Shown: positions 27,734 to 37,345, counted from the first letter of the stretch. The stretch: DNA of 64,000 nt from Nanobdellota archaeon (GCA_018221045.1 JAAOXT010000017.1:6356-70355); one strand, 5' to 3'. Notes: a model not told the origin generated them from the letters alone. Translations and numbers: made by a program.

Positions 27734-28960
27734 TTAAATATTTTTGCTCTTAATTTCTTGTTCTATGCGCATCAGCTCGTTAAGCTTCTCCACTCTTTCG
27801 CCGCCACTAATCCCCACTTTGATGTGAGGGATTTGATAAGCCACTGCGAGGTCCGCTATCATAGGGTCAACGGATTCTTGGGAACGATGAGAAATTATTG
27901 GAGTCATCTTGTTTTTTTTCAGTTTTTCGATGAATTCTAGTGTTTTGAAAAAGTATCCGACCTGGTTCGGCTTGACTATTGCCGAGTTACAGCTCTTTTT
28001 TTTAATCGCGATTTCAAGTCTTTTCGTGCTGGTTACTAGCAGGTCGTCCCCGCACACCAAGCATTTCTTTCTTAGCTTCTTGTTCAGTTCTGCGAATCCT
28101 TCGAAGTCTTCTTCGTGCAAAGGGTCTTCCACGTAGAAAAGCTTGTAATCCTTTACCAGAGACCTTACTACGTCTATTTGCTCCTCCTTACCGACTCGTT
28201 TGCGGGTTATCGGGTGCCTATACGCGTAGTGTTTGCCGTTCCACAGTTCGCTGGCAGCGAAATCTATGCCCAGCCGAAACTTGACTCCTGTCCTGCCCGT
28301 CGCTTTTTTGCAAACCGTTTCCAGTATCTCGAATGGCGTGGTGTTATCTGTGTTCGCCGTCCAAGCTCCTTCCAACCCTTCTCCTCTTGAGAATCCTTTA
28401 ACTTTTCTGGAAAGTTCTTCTTTTGCAAGGTCGTGAACCAAGACCAAGGCGTCCACTGCTTGCTGGAAAGATTTGTAATCATAAGGGTTAACAAGGTATT
28501 CTTGAATGTCTGGAGACTTTCCTCCTGAATGCGCTCCGCCGCCAATAATGTTGGCTAGTTGGCTTGGAATCTTTTTGGGTTTAGGGTTGAGAAGTTTCCA
28601 CACCCCTACTCGTTTATGGTTGGCTAAAACTCTTATCATTGCGTAAGATATTGCGAGAATGGTGTTTCCTCCAAGGGATTTTTCCATCAACCCCATTTTT
28701 TTTTCCAGTCTTTCAACGTCTTTTAAAGAGTTCAAGGATGAATCAATTATTTGGGTAAAGAGTTTGTTGAGTCGCGTGTTCACTTCTCTGACGCTTGCTT
28801 TCACGCTTTTCGGGAACGCTTTGACTTCATGTTTTCCCACGCTGGTGCCTGTTGGGACTGAGGCTTTGCCGAACGACTTGTCTGTTTTAACAGTTACTTC
28901 AATGGTTGGCCTGCCTGTTGAAGTTATTATGCGGTTAGCGTAAATCCCTTTTATTTTCAC
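27734..28960 (-). CDS. eno: enolase
   Basis: 'SHRSQESVD' is the SHRSGETED motif and 'GGERVEKLNELMRIEQ' is enolase signature 2. The protein is 408 aa. Confidence 0.85.
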   Translation of the reverse strand: MKIKGIYANRIITSTGRPTIEVTVKTDKSFGKASVPTGTSVGKHEVKAFPKSVKASVREVNTRLNKLFTQIIDSSLNSLKDVERLEKKMGLMEKSLGGNTILAISYAMIRVLANHKRVGVWKLLNPKPKKIPSQLANIIGGGAHSGGKSPDIQEYLVNPYDYKSFQQAVDALVLVHDLAKEELSRKVKGFSRGEGLEGAWTANTDNTTPFEILETVCKKATGRTGVKFRLGIDFAASELWNGKHYAYRHPITRKRVGKEEQIDVVRSLVKDYKLFYVEDPLHEEDFEGFAELNKKLRKKCLVCGDDLLVTSTKRLEIAIKKKSCNSAIVKPNQVGYFFKTLEFIEKLKKNKMTPIISHRSQESVDPMIADLAVAYQIPHIKVGISGGERVEKLNELMRIEQEIKSKNI

Positions 28961-29073
28961 GATGAATATTTTTATTGATAGGTTATAATATATGTTTTCC
29001 CGAGCTCAAAGTTTTTGATGTAAAATAAGAATAATTAATTAAATGGATGATTTGTCAATTTAATGACCATTAA

Positions 29074-29592
29074 ATGAAGATAGGGGTAACATCACAGAAT
29101 AAACTGAAACTTGAAGCAGTAAAAAGAGCTTATTCGTTTATGACTCCTCTGCCCGAGATAACAGGATACTCCGCCGAGTCAGGCATCGGAGAACAACCAG
29201 TCAATGAACAGACCTTCATTGGGGCAAGAAACAGGATAAACGATGTGTATGGAAGAGCTGGCGAACTGGATAGAATTATTTCCGTAGAGAACGGGATTTT
29301 TCGTGAAGATAATGAATGGGTGGACAGGGCAGTTATCGTTATTTATGTCCCTCATCTGAAAAAATCGTATGAAGGGGTCTCAGAAGGAGTTATTTTTCCA
29401 GATGAATATGTTGAAGAGACACGGCGGATAGGTTTTGATAAAATCACTGTTGGAAAAGTCATGGCAGACGCGGGGTACGTTACAGACGCCAAAGACCCTC
29501 ATAAATCTATTTCTGGGACGTCACGACGGGTTTATCTTGAAAAAACGCTTCAGGATTTGGTTGAAAAAATGGAAATGAAAGGTTTAACATGA
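29074..29592 (+). CDS. non-canonical purine NTP phosphatase (YjjX/ITPase-like)
   Basis: 172 aa. 'MKIGVTSQNKLKLEAVKRAY' and the overall pattern fit the inosine/xanthosine triphosphatase family. Confidence 0.55.
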   Translation: MKIGVTSQNKLKLEAVKRAYSFMTPLPEITGYSAESGIGEQPVNEQTFIGARNRINDVYGRAGELDRIISVENGIFREDNEWVDRAVIVIYVPHLKKSYEGVSEGVIFPDEYVEETRRIGFDKITVGKVMADAGYVTDAKDPHKSISGTSRRVYLEKTLQDLVEKMEMKGLT

Positions 29593-29747
29593 TTTCAATT
29601 AGGTCAGTGCTGGAAAGAATAGTGGATATCTCGCTGGAAGAAAAACTGCAGGTTTAAAGAAGGATAATCATTCTTGAGACTTAACGGATAGTTATGTGTT
29701 CCAATCATTAAATTTTTATTTAAGTAATTACAAGAAATATATTAATA

Positions 29748-29984
29748 ATGGTCAAGATTAAAAGCAAAGGCCCTGCAAGGATTGGTTTATGGGCGATAAT
29801 CATCGCTTTATTCGTCAACATATTTGTAGGCGTTTATGTTACTGGTTTCATCAGCTTCAAAAAACTGTTTTTTGACAGTCTTTTTTTAAGTCTTTTAATC
29901 GGCTTCCTATTAGCTTTATTGATTAGGTTCAGGTACGAAAAAGTTCATCTTAAAAAAAGAAAGAAAAAGAAATTGAAGAAATGA
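29748..29984 (+). CDS. small membrane protein with a basic C-terminus
   Basis: 78 aa with two predicted TM helices, ending in KKRKKKKLKK. Confidence 0.35.
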   Translation: MVKIKSKGPARIGLWAIIIALFVNIFVGVYVTGFISFKKLFFDSLFLSLLIGFLLALLIRFRYEKVHLKKRKKKKLKK

Positions 29985-30078
29985 ATTTCTTGCACGAAAC
30001 GCTTTTAGAAGCTTTCTAGAAGCAACCTTAACGCTTATAAGCCCCCACTTTTTGAATTATTGTTAGGTGAAATAAAAG

Positions 30079-30471
30079 ATGCCAAAACCAAAAGTTGAAA
30101 CAAAAGAAATTGATGTTAAAGCTGAAAAAATAGTTGAAGAAGTTGAGGATGAAGAATCTTCCAAATTACCTTTTCCTAATGCTGTTGTTGTTCGAATAAT
30201 GAGGAACAAGCTTCCTAGAGGCATTCTCATAAAGAAGAAAGTCAAGATAGCGATGAACGAATTGCTAGCAGGAATTTGCGAGGACATAGCTAAAGAGATG
30301 GGCAAAGAGCCTTACGCGTACTTGGATTACTCTACTTTCAGGAAAGCTGCTCGAAAGTATTTGAACGTTCAGCACGTTGAAAAGGATAAGGAAAGAACTG
30401 TTCTCACGCTGAAGAAGTTGAACGCGGACGTGGACTCAATAATCCGAGACCTTGAAAGAATAGAGGATTAA
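30079..30471 (+). CDS. histone-fold protein (CBF/NF-Y/archaeal histone-like) with a K/E-rich N-terminal tail
   Basis: The core 'LPFPNAVVVRIMRNKLPRGILIKKKVKIAMNELLAGICEDIAKE' matches histone-fold alpha1-L1-alpha2. A 30-aa tail, MPKPKVETKEIDVKAEKIVEEVEDEE, precedes it. Confidence 0.5.
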   Translation: MPKPKVETKEIDVKAEKIVEEVEDEESSKLPFPNAVVVRIMRNKLPRGILIKKKVKIAMNELLAGICEDIAKEMGKEPYAYLDYSTFRKAARKYLNVQHVEKDKERTVLTLKKLNADVDSIIRDLERIED

Positions 30472-30643
30472 ACCAAACCAAAATTTTTTTAAACACCCTT
30501 CTTTTTTAGTTTGTTTAAATGAATGCAAGAACTATTCGATTACCGGTTTTTTCTAGTTCTTGCTGTTGTTGTTAAACTCGAGCAATCCCTCTTAGGGGTT
30601 GGTCTTGTCATGAATAAAACTAGTTATAGGTGCACAAAAAAAA

Positions 30644-30892
30644 ATGGTTGCGGATGTTTACGAAACAAAAAATTGTAAGATAAGGGTTTACGATAGTGTT
30701 GTCCTTGTTTACCGAAACGGGAGGGAAATGGAAGTCACGCGGAAATGTCTAGAAGATCTTTACGAAAAGCATGGGCTGAAAAAAGGGTCTAGCATTAAAC
30801 TGCTAGTCGAGTTCGCTGCTTTTGAAGGGGAAGAGTTCAGCGTTTTAGAAGCGTTTTTGGACATGGCTAGGCCCGCGTTGAGCGGGGCATAA
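30644..30892 (+). CDS. hypothetical protein
   Basis: 82-aa ORF. Confidence 0.3.
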   Translation: MVADVYETKNCKIRVYDSVVLVYRNGREMEVTRKCLEDLYEKHGLKKGSSIKLLVEFAAFEGEEFSVLEAFLDMARPALSGA

Positions 30893-30932
30893 AAAACATT
30901 AAAAAGAATGAACACCCCAGAAGGGGTTAATT

Positions 30933-31003
30933 GGCGAGGTGGCAGAGTGGCTATGCGACGGGTTGCAGACCCGTTTATGCGGGTTCAATTCCCGTCCTCG
31001 CCT
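30933..31003 (+). tRNA. tRNA-Cys(GCA)
   Basis: Hand-folded. The acceptor GGCGAGG pairs with CCTCGCC, and the discriminator is U, as expected for tRNA-Cys. The anticodon stem ACGGG/CCCGT carries the loop UUGCAGA, giving anticodon GCA. The T-arm is GCGGG-TTCAATT-CCCGT. There is no intron and no encoded CCA. Confidence 0.85.
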
Positions 31004-31008
31004 TTAAA

Positions 31009-32403
31009 ATGAAATTGTATAACACGCGTACCAGAAAAAAACAGGTCTTCAAACCCATCGATAAAGATAAGGTTAGAATGTATTGTTGCGGGCCCACTGT
31101 TTACGATTACGCTCACATCGGCAATTTTCGCACTTTCCTATTCGAAGACTTCCTTCGCAGAGCGTTAAAGCGAAACGGTTACGAACTAATACACGTAATG
31201 AACATCACTGACGTCGGACACCTAACCAGCGACGCGGACGAAGGTGAAGACAAGCTGATGAAGGCTTTGAAACGAGAAGGAAAAAAACCCAGTGTCAAAG
31301 CAATGCTCGAACTCGCTGAATACTACACTAAAGCGTTCTTCAAAGACTCCTCGCTCTTAAACATTGAAAAACCCGAAGCGGTTCCGAAAGCGACCGAGCA
31401 CATCGAAGAAATGGTGGAGCTCAACAAAAAAATTGAGAAGAATGGTTACGCTTACAAAACTTCTGTAGGATTAATTTTTGACACGGGAAAGTTCAAAGAC
31501 TACGCCAAATTTGGTAAGCTCAACCTAAAAGCGCAGAAAGCAGGGGCAAGGGTTAAGGTTGATGAAGAGCGCAAGAAACCATGGGATTTCGCGCTGTGGA
31601 TCACGAACCAGCCCAGCCACATCATGCAATGGCAGTCCCCTTGGGGCAAGGGCTTCCCAGGATGGCACTTGGAATGCAGTGCCATGAGCATCAAGTACTT
31701 AGGAGAACAGTTTGACATTCACTGCGGAGGAGAAGACCACATCAAAGTTCACCACACTAACGAGATTGCTCAATCAGAAGCCGCGACCGGGAAGAAGCCT
31801 TGGGTTAGATTCTGGTTGCACGGCGCGTTCTTAATCATGCAAAAAGACAAGATGAGCAAAAGCGCGGGAAGTTTCGTTAAGATTCAAGATTTGGTTGACA
31901 AAGGTTTTGACCCGCTGGCTTACAGGTATTTGTGCCTCACAGCTAATTACCGCTCCAAGCTCTCTTTCTCGTGGAAAGTTCTGGAAAACGCTCAGAAATC
32001 TCTTAACAGTTTCCGAAGCAAGATTAAGCATTTAAACGAGCTGAACGAGCTGGACAAGAACAATAAGAGGAAATACGCTAAAAAGTTTGATGAACGCGTT
32101 AACAATGATTTGGATTTGCCTAGCGCGCTAGCTTTAGCGTGGAGTGTCGTAAAAGCCAAAGACCTTGGGAGCAAAGAAAAAGTAGAATTGTTATTGGATT
32201 TTGACCAGATATTCGGTTTAAAACTCGCGGAATCTTTGAAAAAGGATGAGGCGCCCAAAAAAGTTTTAAAACTCATAAAAGAAAGAGAAGAAGCAAGAAA
32301 GAAGAAGGATTGGGTTGCTGCTGACGCCCTGCGAGACAAGATTAAAAGTTTGGGATGGAAGGTTCAAGACTCGCGGGAAGGCCCTAAACTCGAAAAAGTT
32401 TAG
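31009..32403 (+). CDS. cysS: cysteinyl-tRNA synthetase
   Basis: 'YCCGPTVYDYAHIGNFRT' is the class-I HIGH region and 'KMSKSAG' is the KMSKS motif. The true start is the ATG at 31009. The track ORF 30931.. merely translates the upstream tRNA-Cys. Confidence 0.9.
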   Translation: MKLYNTRTRKKQVFKPIDKDKVRMYCCGPTVYDYAHIGNFRTFLFEDFLRRALKRNGYELIHVMNITDVGHLTSDADEGEDKLMKALKREGKKPSVKAMLELAEYYTKAFFKDSSLLNIEKPEAVPKATEHIEEMVELNKKIEKNGYAYKTSVGLIFDTGKFKDYAKFGKLNLKAQKAGARVKVDEERKKPWDFALWITNQPSHIMQWQSPWGKGFPGWHLECSAMSIKYLGEQFDIHCGGEDHIKVHHTNEIAQSEAATGKKPWVRFWLHGAFLIMQKDKMSKSAGSFVKIQDLVDKGFDPLAYRYLCLTANYRSKLSFSWKVLENAQKSLNSFRSKIKHLNELNELDKNNKRKYAKKFDERVNNDLDLPSALALAWSVVKAKDLGSKEKVELLLDFDQIFGLKLAESLKKDEAPKKVLKLIKEREEARKKKDWVAADALRDKIKSLGWKVQDSREGPKLEKV

Positions 32404-32729
32404 TTCACAACTATTTTACCTGTTCCCGTAGTGTACGAGTAAGTTATGTTTCCTTTGATTTCGAATTTGTACTCAAAATTTTCTCCAGGGTTCAAGGTGG
32501 GGGACTCGAACAAACCGGACTTTATCTTGTGGGGTCGAGAATCCTGATTAATCCATTTGATGGTATCGCCTTGGTTGATGGTTATTGAATCCTGGCTGAT
32601 TCCTCCACTTGGGTTAAGGGTTATGATGAAAACGTTTTCCCGAAGATTTTTTTCGCCAAAAATGTTCATTGAGTCAGTGCAACCAGATAAGAACACGAGA
32701 AGAATTACTGCAGAAAAAATTTTTTTCAT
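32400..32729 (-). CDS. secreted/lipoprotein-type small cupredoxin-like beta-sandwich protein
   Basis: It begins with a signal peptide plus a 'LSGC' lipobox-like cysteine. The remainder is an approximately 85-aa beta-rich domain. No obvious Cu-ligand His/Cys/Met set is present. Confidence 0.4.
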   Translation of the reverse strand: MKKIFSAVILLVFLSGCTDSMNIFGEKNLRENVFIITLNPSGGISQDSITINQGDTIKWINQDSRPHKIKSGLFESPTLNPGENFEYKFEIKGNITYSYTTGTGKIVVN

Positions 32730-32764
32730 TGGAGTAATCTATAGAAATGTTTGAAATATTAAAT

Positions 32765-33991
32765 TTACTCTTTTATCACGCCGTAGCCTACGAGTCTCCA
32801 CCGGTTCCCAAAATGCTGGGACAACGCTATTTTTTCGCCTTTCTCAATGCACACAGGGATTTTCAAGTGCATTTTAATGGTTTTGCCTTTGATGCCTGTT
32901 ATCACTCCCAAGCTTTTAGACGTCCAAACGTTTATCATCACTGGCTCGTTCATTTTTAAGGGTTCAACGTTAAGCTCTTTTTTCGTTCCGACCACGCGTT
33001 TCATCAAATTAACTTCAATTGTTATCGAATTCCTTACTGGCGGAAGTTTTCCAGCGAGACCTGCAACGTTTCCTCCAAGAGAATCAGACCTTGCCAGGTA
33101 AGGGTCGAGTTGCGTGCCTATCCCTATTGACCCGCCAGGACTGATTTCACTTACTTCATGGCCGCCAGTGTTTAACGATGTTATCTTGGTTTTTATTGGC
33201 TTGTACTCTTCGTCTTCTTTAATTCCTGGCCTGATTTCTAACACTTCCCCTGTTTTGAGTTTTCCCTGTTTTAGTGTTCCTCCAAGAACCCCACCTAAGA
33301 GCTCGTCAGGTTTTTTGCCAGGTTTGTTGACGTCAAAACTTCTGGCAATGATAAAGATGGGTTTTTTTTTAGAATCTCTTTTCGGAGTGGTTATGTGTTT
33401 CTGAATGGTTTGAAGTAATAAATCGATGTTGGTCCTGAATTGCGCGCTTACAGGGATTATTGGCGCGTTCTCCGCAACAGTTCCTTTAACAAAGGATTTT
33501 ATTTGCTTGTAGTTTTTCAGGGCTTGTTCTTGGGTCACGAGGTCTATCTTGTTCTGAACTATGATTATTTTATCAATGCCTAAAATGTTGAGCGCCATCA
33601 AATGTTCTTTGGTTTGAGGGCAGGGGCAGTCCTCGCTTGCAGATATTAGTAATAATGCTCCGTCCATCATAGCGGTTCCTGAAAGCATGGTTGCCATGAG
33701 CATCTCATGGCCTGGAGCGTCAACGAAAGAAACTTTTCTTAGCGGAATCGTTGGAGTGCCGTGTTTCGGACACTTTTTTTTGATGGTGTAACATTCAGGG
33801 CCTTCACACTTTTCACATTTTCGAATGATTAAGTCCGCGTACCCTAATCTTATGGTTATGCCTCGCTTAAGCTCTTCTGAATGAGTATCAGCCCACTTGC
33901 CTGTGAGAGCTTGGACTAAGGTTGTTTTGCCGTGGTCCACGTGGCCGACGGTTCCAATGTTCATTTCAGGCTGCACTGGTTCTTTCATCAC
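32765..33991 (-). CDS. eif2g: translation initiation factor aIF2 gamma subunit
   Basis: The G-domain has 'GHVDHGKTTL' and 'NKIDL'. A zinc ribbon, 'CEKCEGPECYTIKKKCPKHG', is present. The protein is 408 aa. Confidence 0.9.
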   Translation of the reverse strand: MMKEPVQPEMNIGTVGHVDHGKTTLVQALTGKWADTHSEELKRGITIRLGYADLIIRKCEKCEGPECYTIKKKCPKHGTPTIPLRKVSFVDAPGHEMLMATMLSGTAMMDGALLLISASEDCPCPQTKEHLMALNILGIDKIIIVQNKIDLVTQEQALKNYKQIKSFVKGTVAENAPIIPVSAQFRTNIDLLLQTIQKHITTPKRDSKKKPIFIIARSFDVNKPGKKPDELLGGVLGGTLKQGKLKTGEVLEIRPGIKEDEEYKPIKTKITSLNTGGHEVSEISPGGSIGIGTQLDPYLARSDSLGGNVAGLAGKLPPVRNSITIEVNLMKRVVGTKKELNVEPLKMNEPVMINVWTSKSLGVITGIKGKTIKMHLKIPVCIEKGEKIALSQHFGNRWRLVGYGVIKE

Positions 33992-34554
33992 TTTTTATTT
34001 TCCCCTGTTTTTTCAGATTCTTTCTTGGGCTTAGGTTCTTCCTTCACTTTTTCTTTCTTGACTTCCTTAGATTTGGTCTCTTTTTCAGGTTCCTCTTTCT
34101 TGGGTTTAACTTCTTCTTTTTTGACTGTTTTCTCTTTTTGAGGCTCTTCTTTCTTGATTTCTTCAGACTTAGTTTCTTTCTCGGGTTTGGATTCTACGCC
34201 CCAGAGTTTTGGAACTTTTTCTTTGCCTTCTTTCACGATTTTAGTGTTGACTTGAATCACTTCTTCGCTTATCGTGTTTCCTCGAACAGTTTTTTTTCTT
34301 CGCTCGCCTTTGCGTTTGGGTTTGAAGCCAACGCCTCCTGAGAGCAGAACTCTTTGTCTTTTGCTTCCTTGAACATCTTTTCTCAATGGAAAACCGGATT
34401 TATCGCTACCCCCTGTTATGAGCAGTTCGTAGCCTTTTAAGCCGAAGTCTTCGCCTGAAAATTTTTCGCCAATCTTTTTGTTTAGAAGTTTGCCGTGAGT
34501 TTCGAATTCTTTTTGGTATGATTTACCGTTTTTTAATGATACAATAAGTTTCAT
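33988..34554 (-). CDS. rps6e: ribosomal protein S6e with a K/E-rich C-terminal extension
   Basis: 'FGLKGYELLITGGSDKSGFPLRKDV...RVLLSGGVGFKPKRKGERRKKTVRG' matches S6e. Its stop/start overlaps aIF2-gamma, a conserved archaeal pairing. A C-terminal tail of about 60 aa consists of KEExKPKKEE-type repeats. Confidence 0.85.
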   Translation of the reverse strand: MKLIVSLKNGKSYQKEFETHGKLLNKKIGEKFSGEDFGLKGYELLITGGSDKSGFPLRKDVQGSKRQRVLLSGGVGFKPKRKGERRKKTVRGNTISEEVIQVNTKIVKEGKEKVPKLWGVESKPEKETKSEEIKKEEPQKEKTVKKEEVKPKKEEPEKETKSKEVKKEKVKEEPKPKKESEKTGENKK

Positions 34555-34629
34555 GTTTTTACTCCCGAGGCCTTTTTCATCCTCAGATGGTTTAGAATTG
34601 TGTGACAGGGTTTTTTAAAGGTTTTTCTT

Positions 34630-35514
34630 TCAAATGATTTCGGCTTGACCGCTTTTCACCAATTGGTTTAATACATTCCAATAACCATGAGCCGTCGAAT
34701 CTGCTGTGATAATTTCTCCTACAGAAAAAAATTTTCCCCAGTGTTGAGCTTGTCCAGGTGTGAAGGGTTTAATTAATCTTATTTTATCTCCTTCGAGAAT
34801 TCTTGTTTCAAAGCTTAATTGATCATAATTAAATAATGAATCAATGATTCCTAAAACATCTGATTCTTCTACTGGCTTGTCCTTCTGCAAGATTTTTCCA
34901 TCGAATAAGTCCAGCACTTCTTCAATTGATTTTTTTCCGTCCAATGCTGGAATAATCATCCCAAACAGTTCGCTAGTTCCTCCTTTACAATAAGGAACTT
35001 CTCTCTCAAGTTGTTCTATTTTTGCAGTGGTTACTGGGCAATACCTATCCGAAGATTTAACTGTGTTAAAAGGAAATCTTTTAACAACATCAAAATTAAA
35101 TTCTTTTACCCCTCTTATGTCGCCTGTTCCTTGGTCAATTCTTTTAAGGAATTCCCAATTCTCCTCAAGTCCTTCAATTAACGCGCTTAATTCTTGCCTA
35201 TCTCTTTTTAATCTCCCAGAACCATTTTTGTCAGCTATAAGCCATGCTTCTAAACGCGAACCTTCATGTCTTAAGACAACAACCGAGTTACTGTAACTAA
35301 ATCCTTTTATGTCATTCGAAAATATTCCTAGAGCTAAGAAAAAACCTGATAGCATGTCAAGATCCATTATTCCTGTCCTCTGCCCAATACCTAAAACACC
35401 CACCCCTTTAGTCACATCATTTATCAAGCAAGCGATGTAAGGGCTTTGAGTTATTCCATGATAACTTTCTTCTTTCGCTGGTTTAGAATAACTTATCATT
35501 TCTTTTATTCCCAT
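34630..35514 (-). CDS. hypothetical protein
   Basis: 294-aa ORF. No confident motif. The N-terminal region may be roadblock/LC7-like. Confidence 0.35.
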   Translation of the reverse strand: MGIKEMISYSKPAKEESYHGITQSPYIACLINDVTKGVGVLGIGQRTGIMDLDMLSGFFLALGIFSNDIKGFSYSNSVVVLRHEGSRLEAWLIADKNGSGRLKRDRQELSALIEGLEENWEFLKRIDQGTGDIRGVKEFNFDVVKRFPFNTVKSSDRYCPVTTAKIEQLEREVPYCKGGTSELFGMIIPALDGKKSIEEVLDLFDGKILQKDKPVEESDVLGIIDSLFNYDQLSFETRILEGDKIRLIKPFTPGQAQHWGKFFSVGEIITADSTAHGYWNVLNQLVKSGQAEII

Positions 35515-35566
35515 GTTAGAATCAATTTTTCAAGCATTTATAAACCTTTTTGTTACTTTTAAGTGG

Positions 35567-37345
35567 CTACATTCCCCACATTGGGTCTTTTTTGCGTTTG
35601 ATGCTCAATATTTTTTTAACGGTTTCAACGTCTTCTTCTGGCAGGAATTGTTTAAGCTTTGATTTTATTAATAAGAAATCTTTCTTTGGCATGTCTGTTA
35701 TCAGGGTGTCCCCTTCTTGCAAGTTTTTCCCTATTACCGCTTTGCTTATGGATAAAGCAATTTTTTCTCCTTTCTCTGCTAATTCCACGTTCTTGCTTTC
35801 TTTTTGTATTCCTTTCACTTCTCCTAGTTTGGTGCCGTCTTCAGTCATGAGCCTGTATCCTGGCTTTATTTTTCCTGTTATGATTTCGAAGCCGGCTACG
35901 GCGGGATTTTTTTGTCTGAAAACGTATCCTGGTAGCAGTCTGGCTTGGGCGGGGTAAACAATGTTTTCAAGCTCTTTTTTCTTCTCCGACTCTATCACCT
36001 CGTCTTTCCATTCTAGGTAATCGTCTAATAACTTGTATATTATGTTGTTGAGTATAATTTTTATTCCGTGTTTTTGGGCTAGTTGTTCAGCGTCTTTGTT
36101 CGTGTTCACGTCGAATCCGAAGATCACTGCGTGAAACTTGTTTTCTTGTTTGGAGTTGAGCGCTTCCATAACATCGTTTTTTGTTATGTTTCCTATTCCT
36201 GCTTTCCTTACCTGTATTTCTTGTGATTTGGACAGGTTTATGATTGCTTCTGCTGAGCCGAGAGTGTCTGTTTTGATGATTATCCCTGATTTGTCAGTGC
36301 TTACTAGCACGCTTTTAACTTCTTTTTCAATGGTTTTCTTGACCTCTTCTATAAGTTCTGGAGTGGCTTCCGCTATCGGCATTCCTGCAACCACGGTTTC
36401 CAGGTTTGAGCAACTAATTTTTATTCCTGCTGCTGCCGTCACGCTTTTCACTCTGCTGAACTTGCATCCTTTTTCTCTGGTCGCCATGAGGGGGGATGGT
36501 TTGAGCAGTGAGCGTATTTTGGTTATGACCGGTCCTTCCAGTCCGCCTATGACTATCATGTCTCCTTCATCCAATCTGCCGTCGTACACCACGACGTCTA
36601 AGGTTTTGCCAAGCCCTTTTTCTTCTTTGACTTCTAAAACCACTCCTTTCGCGCAGCCTTTTGTGTCCACGTCTAGTCTTCCTTCTAAGTATTTTTGTGA
36701 CAGTCCTGACAGCAAGGTTAATAGTTCTGCTATCCCTTCTCCTGTGGTCGCGCTTACAGGTATTATGCTGACCGTTTTTTTGAAGTCTTCTACTCTATCG
36801 AACCTGTCGCTTTCGAATCCGAGTTCCGCGAGTGAGCCGAGGATTTGGTAAACCCTGTTGTCTATTTCTTTTTGAACGTATTCGTTTTGTTCTTTTATTG
36901 CTTCGAGAAACGATTTTTTTTTCGTGTTCTTCCAGGAGCTTATCAAATCTATTTTGTTCGCGGCGACCATGAAAGGTCTTTTGCTTGCCCTGAGTATTTC
37001 TACTGCTTCGATGGTTTGTGGTTTGAAGCCTTCGCTCACGTCTACCACGAGGACAGCTATGTCTGCTAGGTTTCCGCCGCGTTTTCTCAGGTTGGTGAAA
37101 GCTTTGTGGCCTGGCGTGTCTATGAAGAGTAGGCCAGGAATTTTTAGGTTGAACCTGAATTTTTTCAAGAGGTTTCCGCACAAGTCTTTTATCACTTTTA
37201 TCGGGATTTCGGTTGCGCAGATGGATTGGGTTATGCCACCAGCTTCTTTTTCTTGCAGCGTTGTTTGTCTTATTAGATCAAGTAGGCTTGTTTTGCCGTG
37301 GTCCACGTGACCGAGCATGGATATTATGGGTTGTCTTATAGTCAT
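35567..37345 (-). CDS. infB: translation initiation factor aIF5B (IF-2 homologue)
   Basis: The G-domain has 'GHVDHGKTSLLD', 'DTPGH' and 'NKID'. The length is 592 aa and there is no intein. Confidence 0.9.
   Translation of the reverse strand: MTIRQPIISMLGHVDHGKTSLLDLIRQTTLQEKEAGGITQSICATEIPIKVIKDLCGNLLKKFRFNLKIPGLLFIDTPGHKAFTNLRKRGGNLADIAVLVVDVSEGFKPQTIEAVEILRASKRPFMVAANKIDLISSWKNTKKKSFLEAIKEQNEYVQKEIDNRVYQILGSLAELGFESDRFDRVEDFKKTVSIIPVSATTGEGIAELLTLLSGLSQKYLEGRLDVDTKGCAKGVVLEVKEEKGLGKTLDVVVYDGRLDEGDMIVIGGLEGPVITKIRSLLKPSPLMATREKGCKFSRVKSVTAAAGIKISCSNLETVVAGMPIAEATPELIEEVKKTIEKEVKSVLVSTDKSGIIIKTDTLGSAEAIINLSKSQEIQVRKAGIGNITKNDVMEALNSKQENKFHAVIFGFDVNTNKDAEQLAQKHGIKIILNNIIYKLLDDYLEWKDEVIESEKKKELENIVYPAQARLLPGYVFRQKNPAVAGFEIITGKIKPGYRLMTEDGTKLGEVKGIQKESKNVELAEKGEKIALSISKAVIGKNLQEGDTLITDMPKKDFLLIKSKLKQFLPEEDVETVKKILSIKRKKDPMWGM

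Noticed and set aside
30931-31008. N-terminal extension of the CysRS ORF starting at TTG 30931 (MARWQSGYATGCRPVYAGSIPVLAF)
   Set aside because: This stretch is the tRNA-Cys gene read in one frame. The real cysS start is the ATG at 31009.
33922-34341. 139-aa and 69-aa plus-strand ORFs rich in F/L/R
   Set aside because: They are antisense translations of the lysine-rich S6e tail (AAG/AAA codons read as CTT/TTT). Not genes.
36795-37181. Arg-rich 128-aa minus-strand ORF, plus several other long ORFs inside aIF5B
   Set aside because: They are alternative-frame or antisense products of the aIF5B coding region, with low complexity and no independent support.
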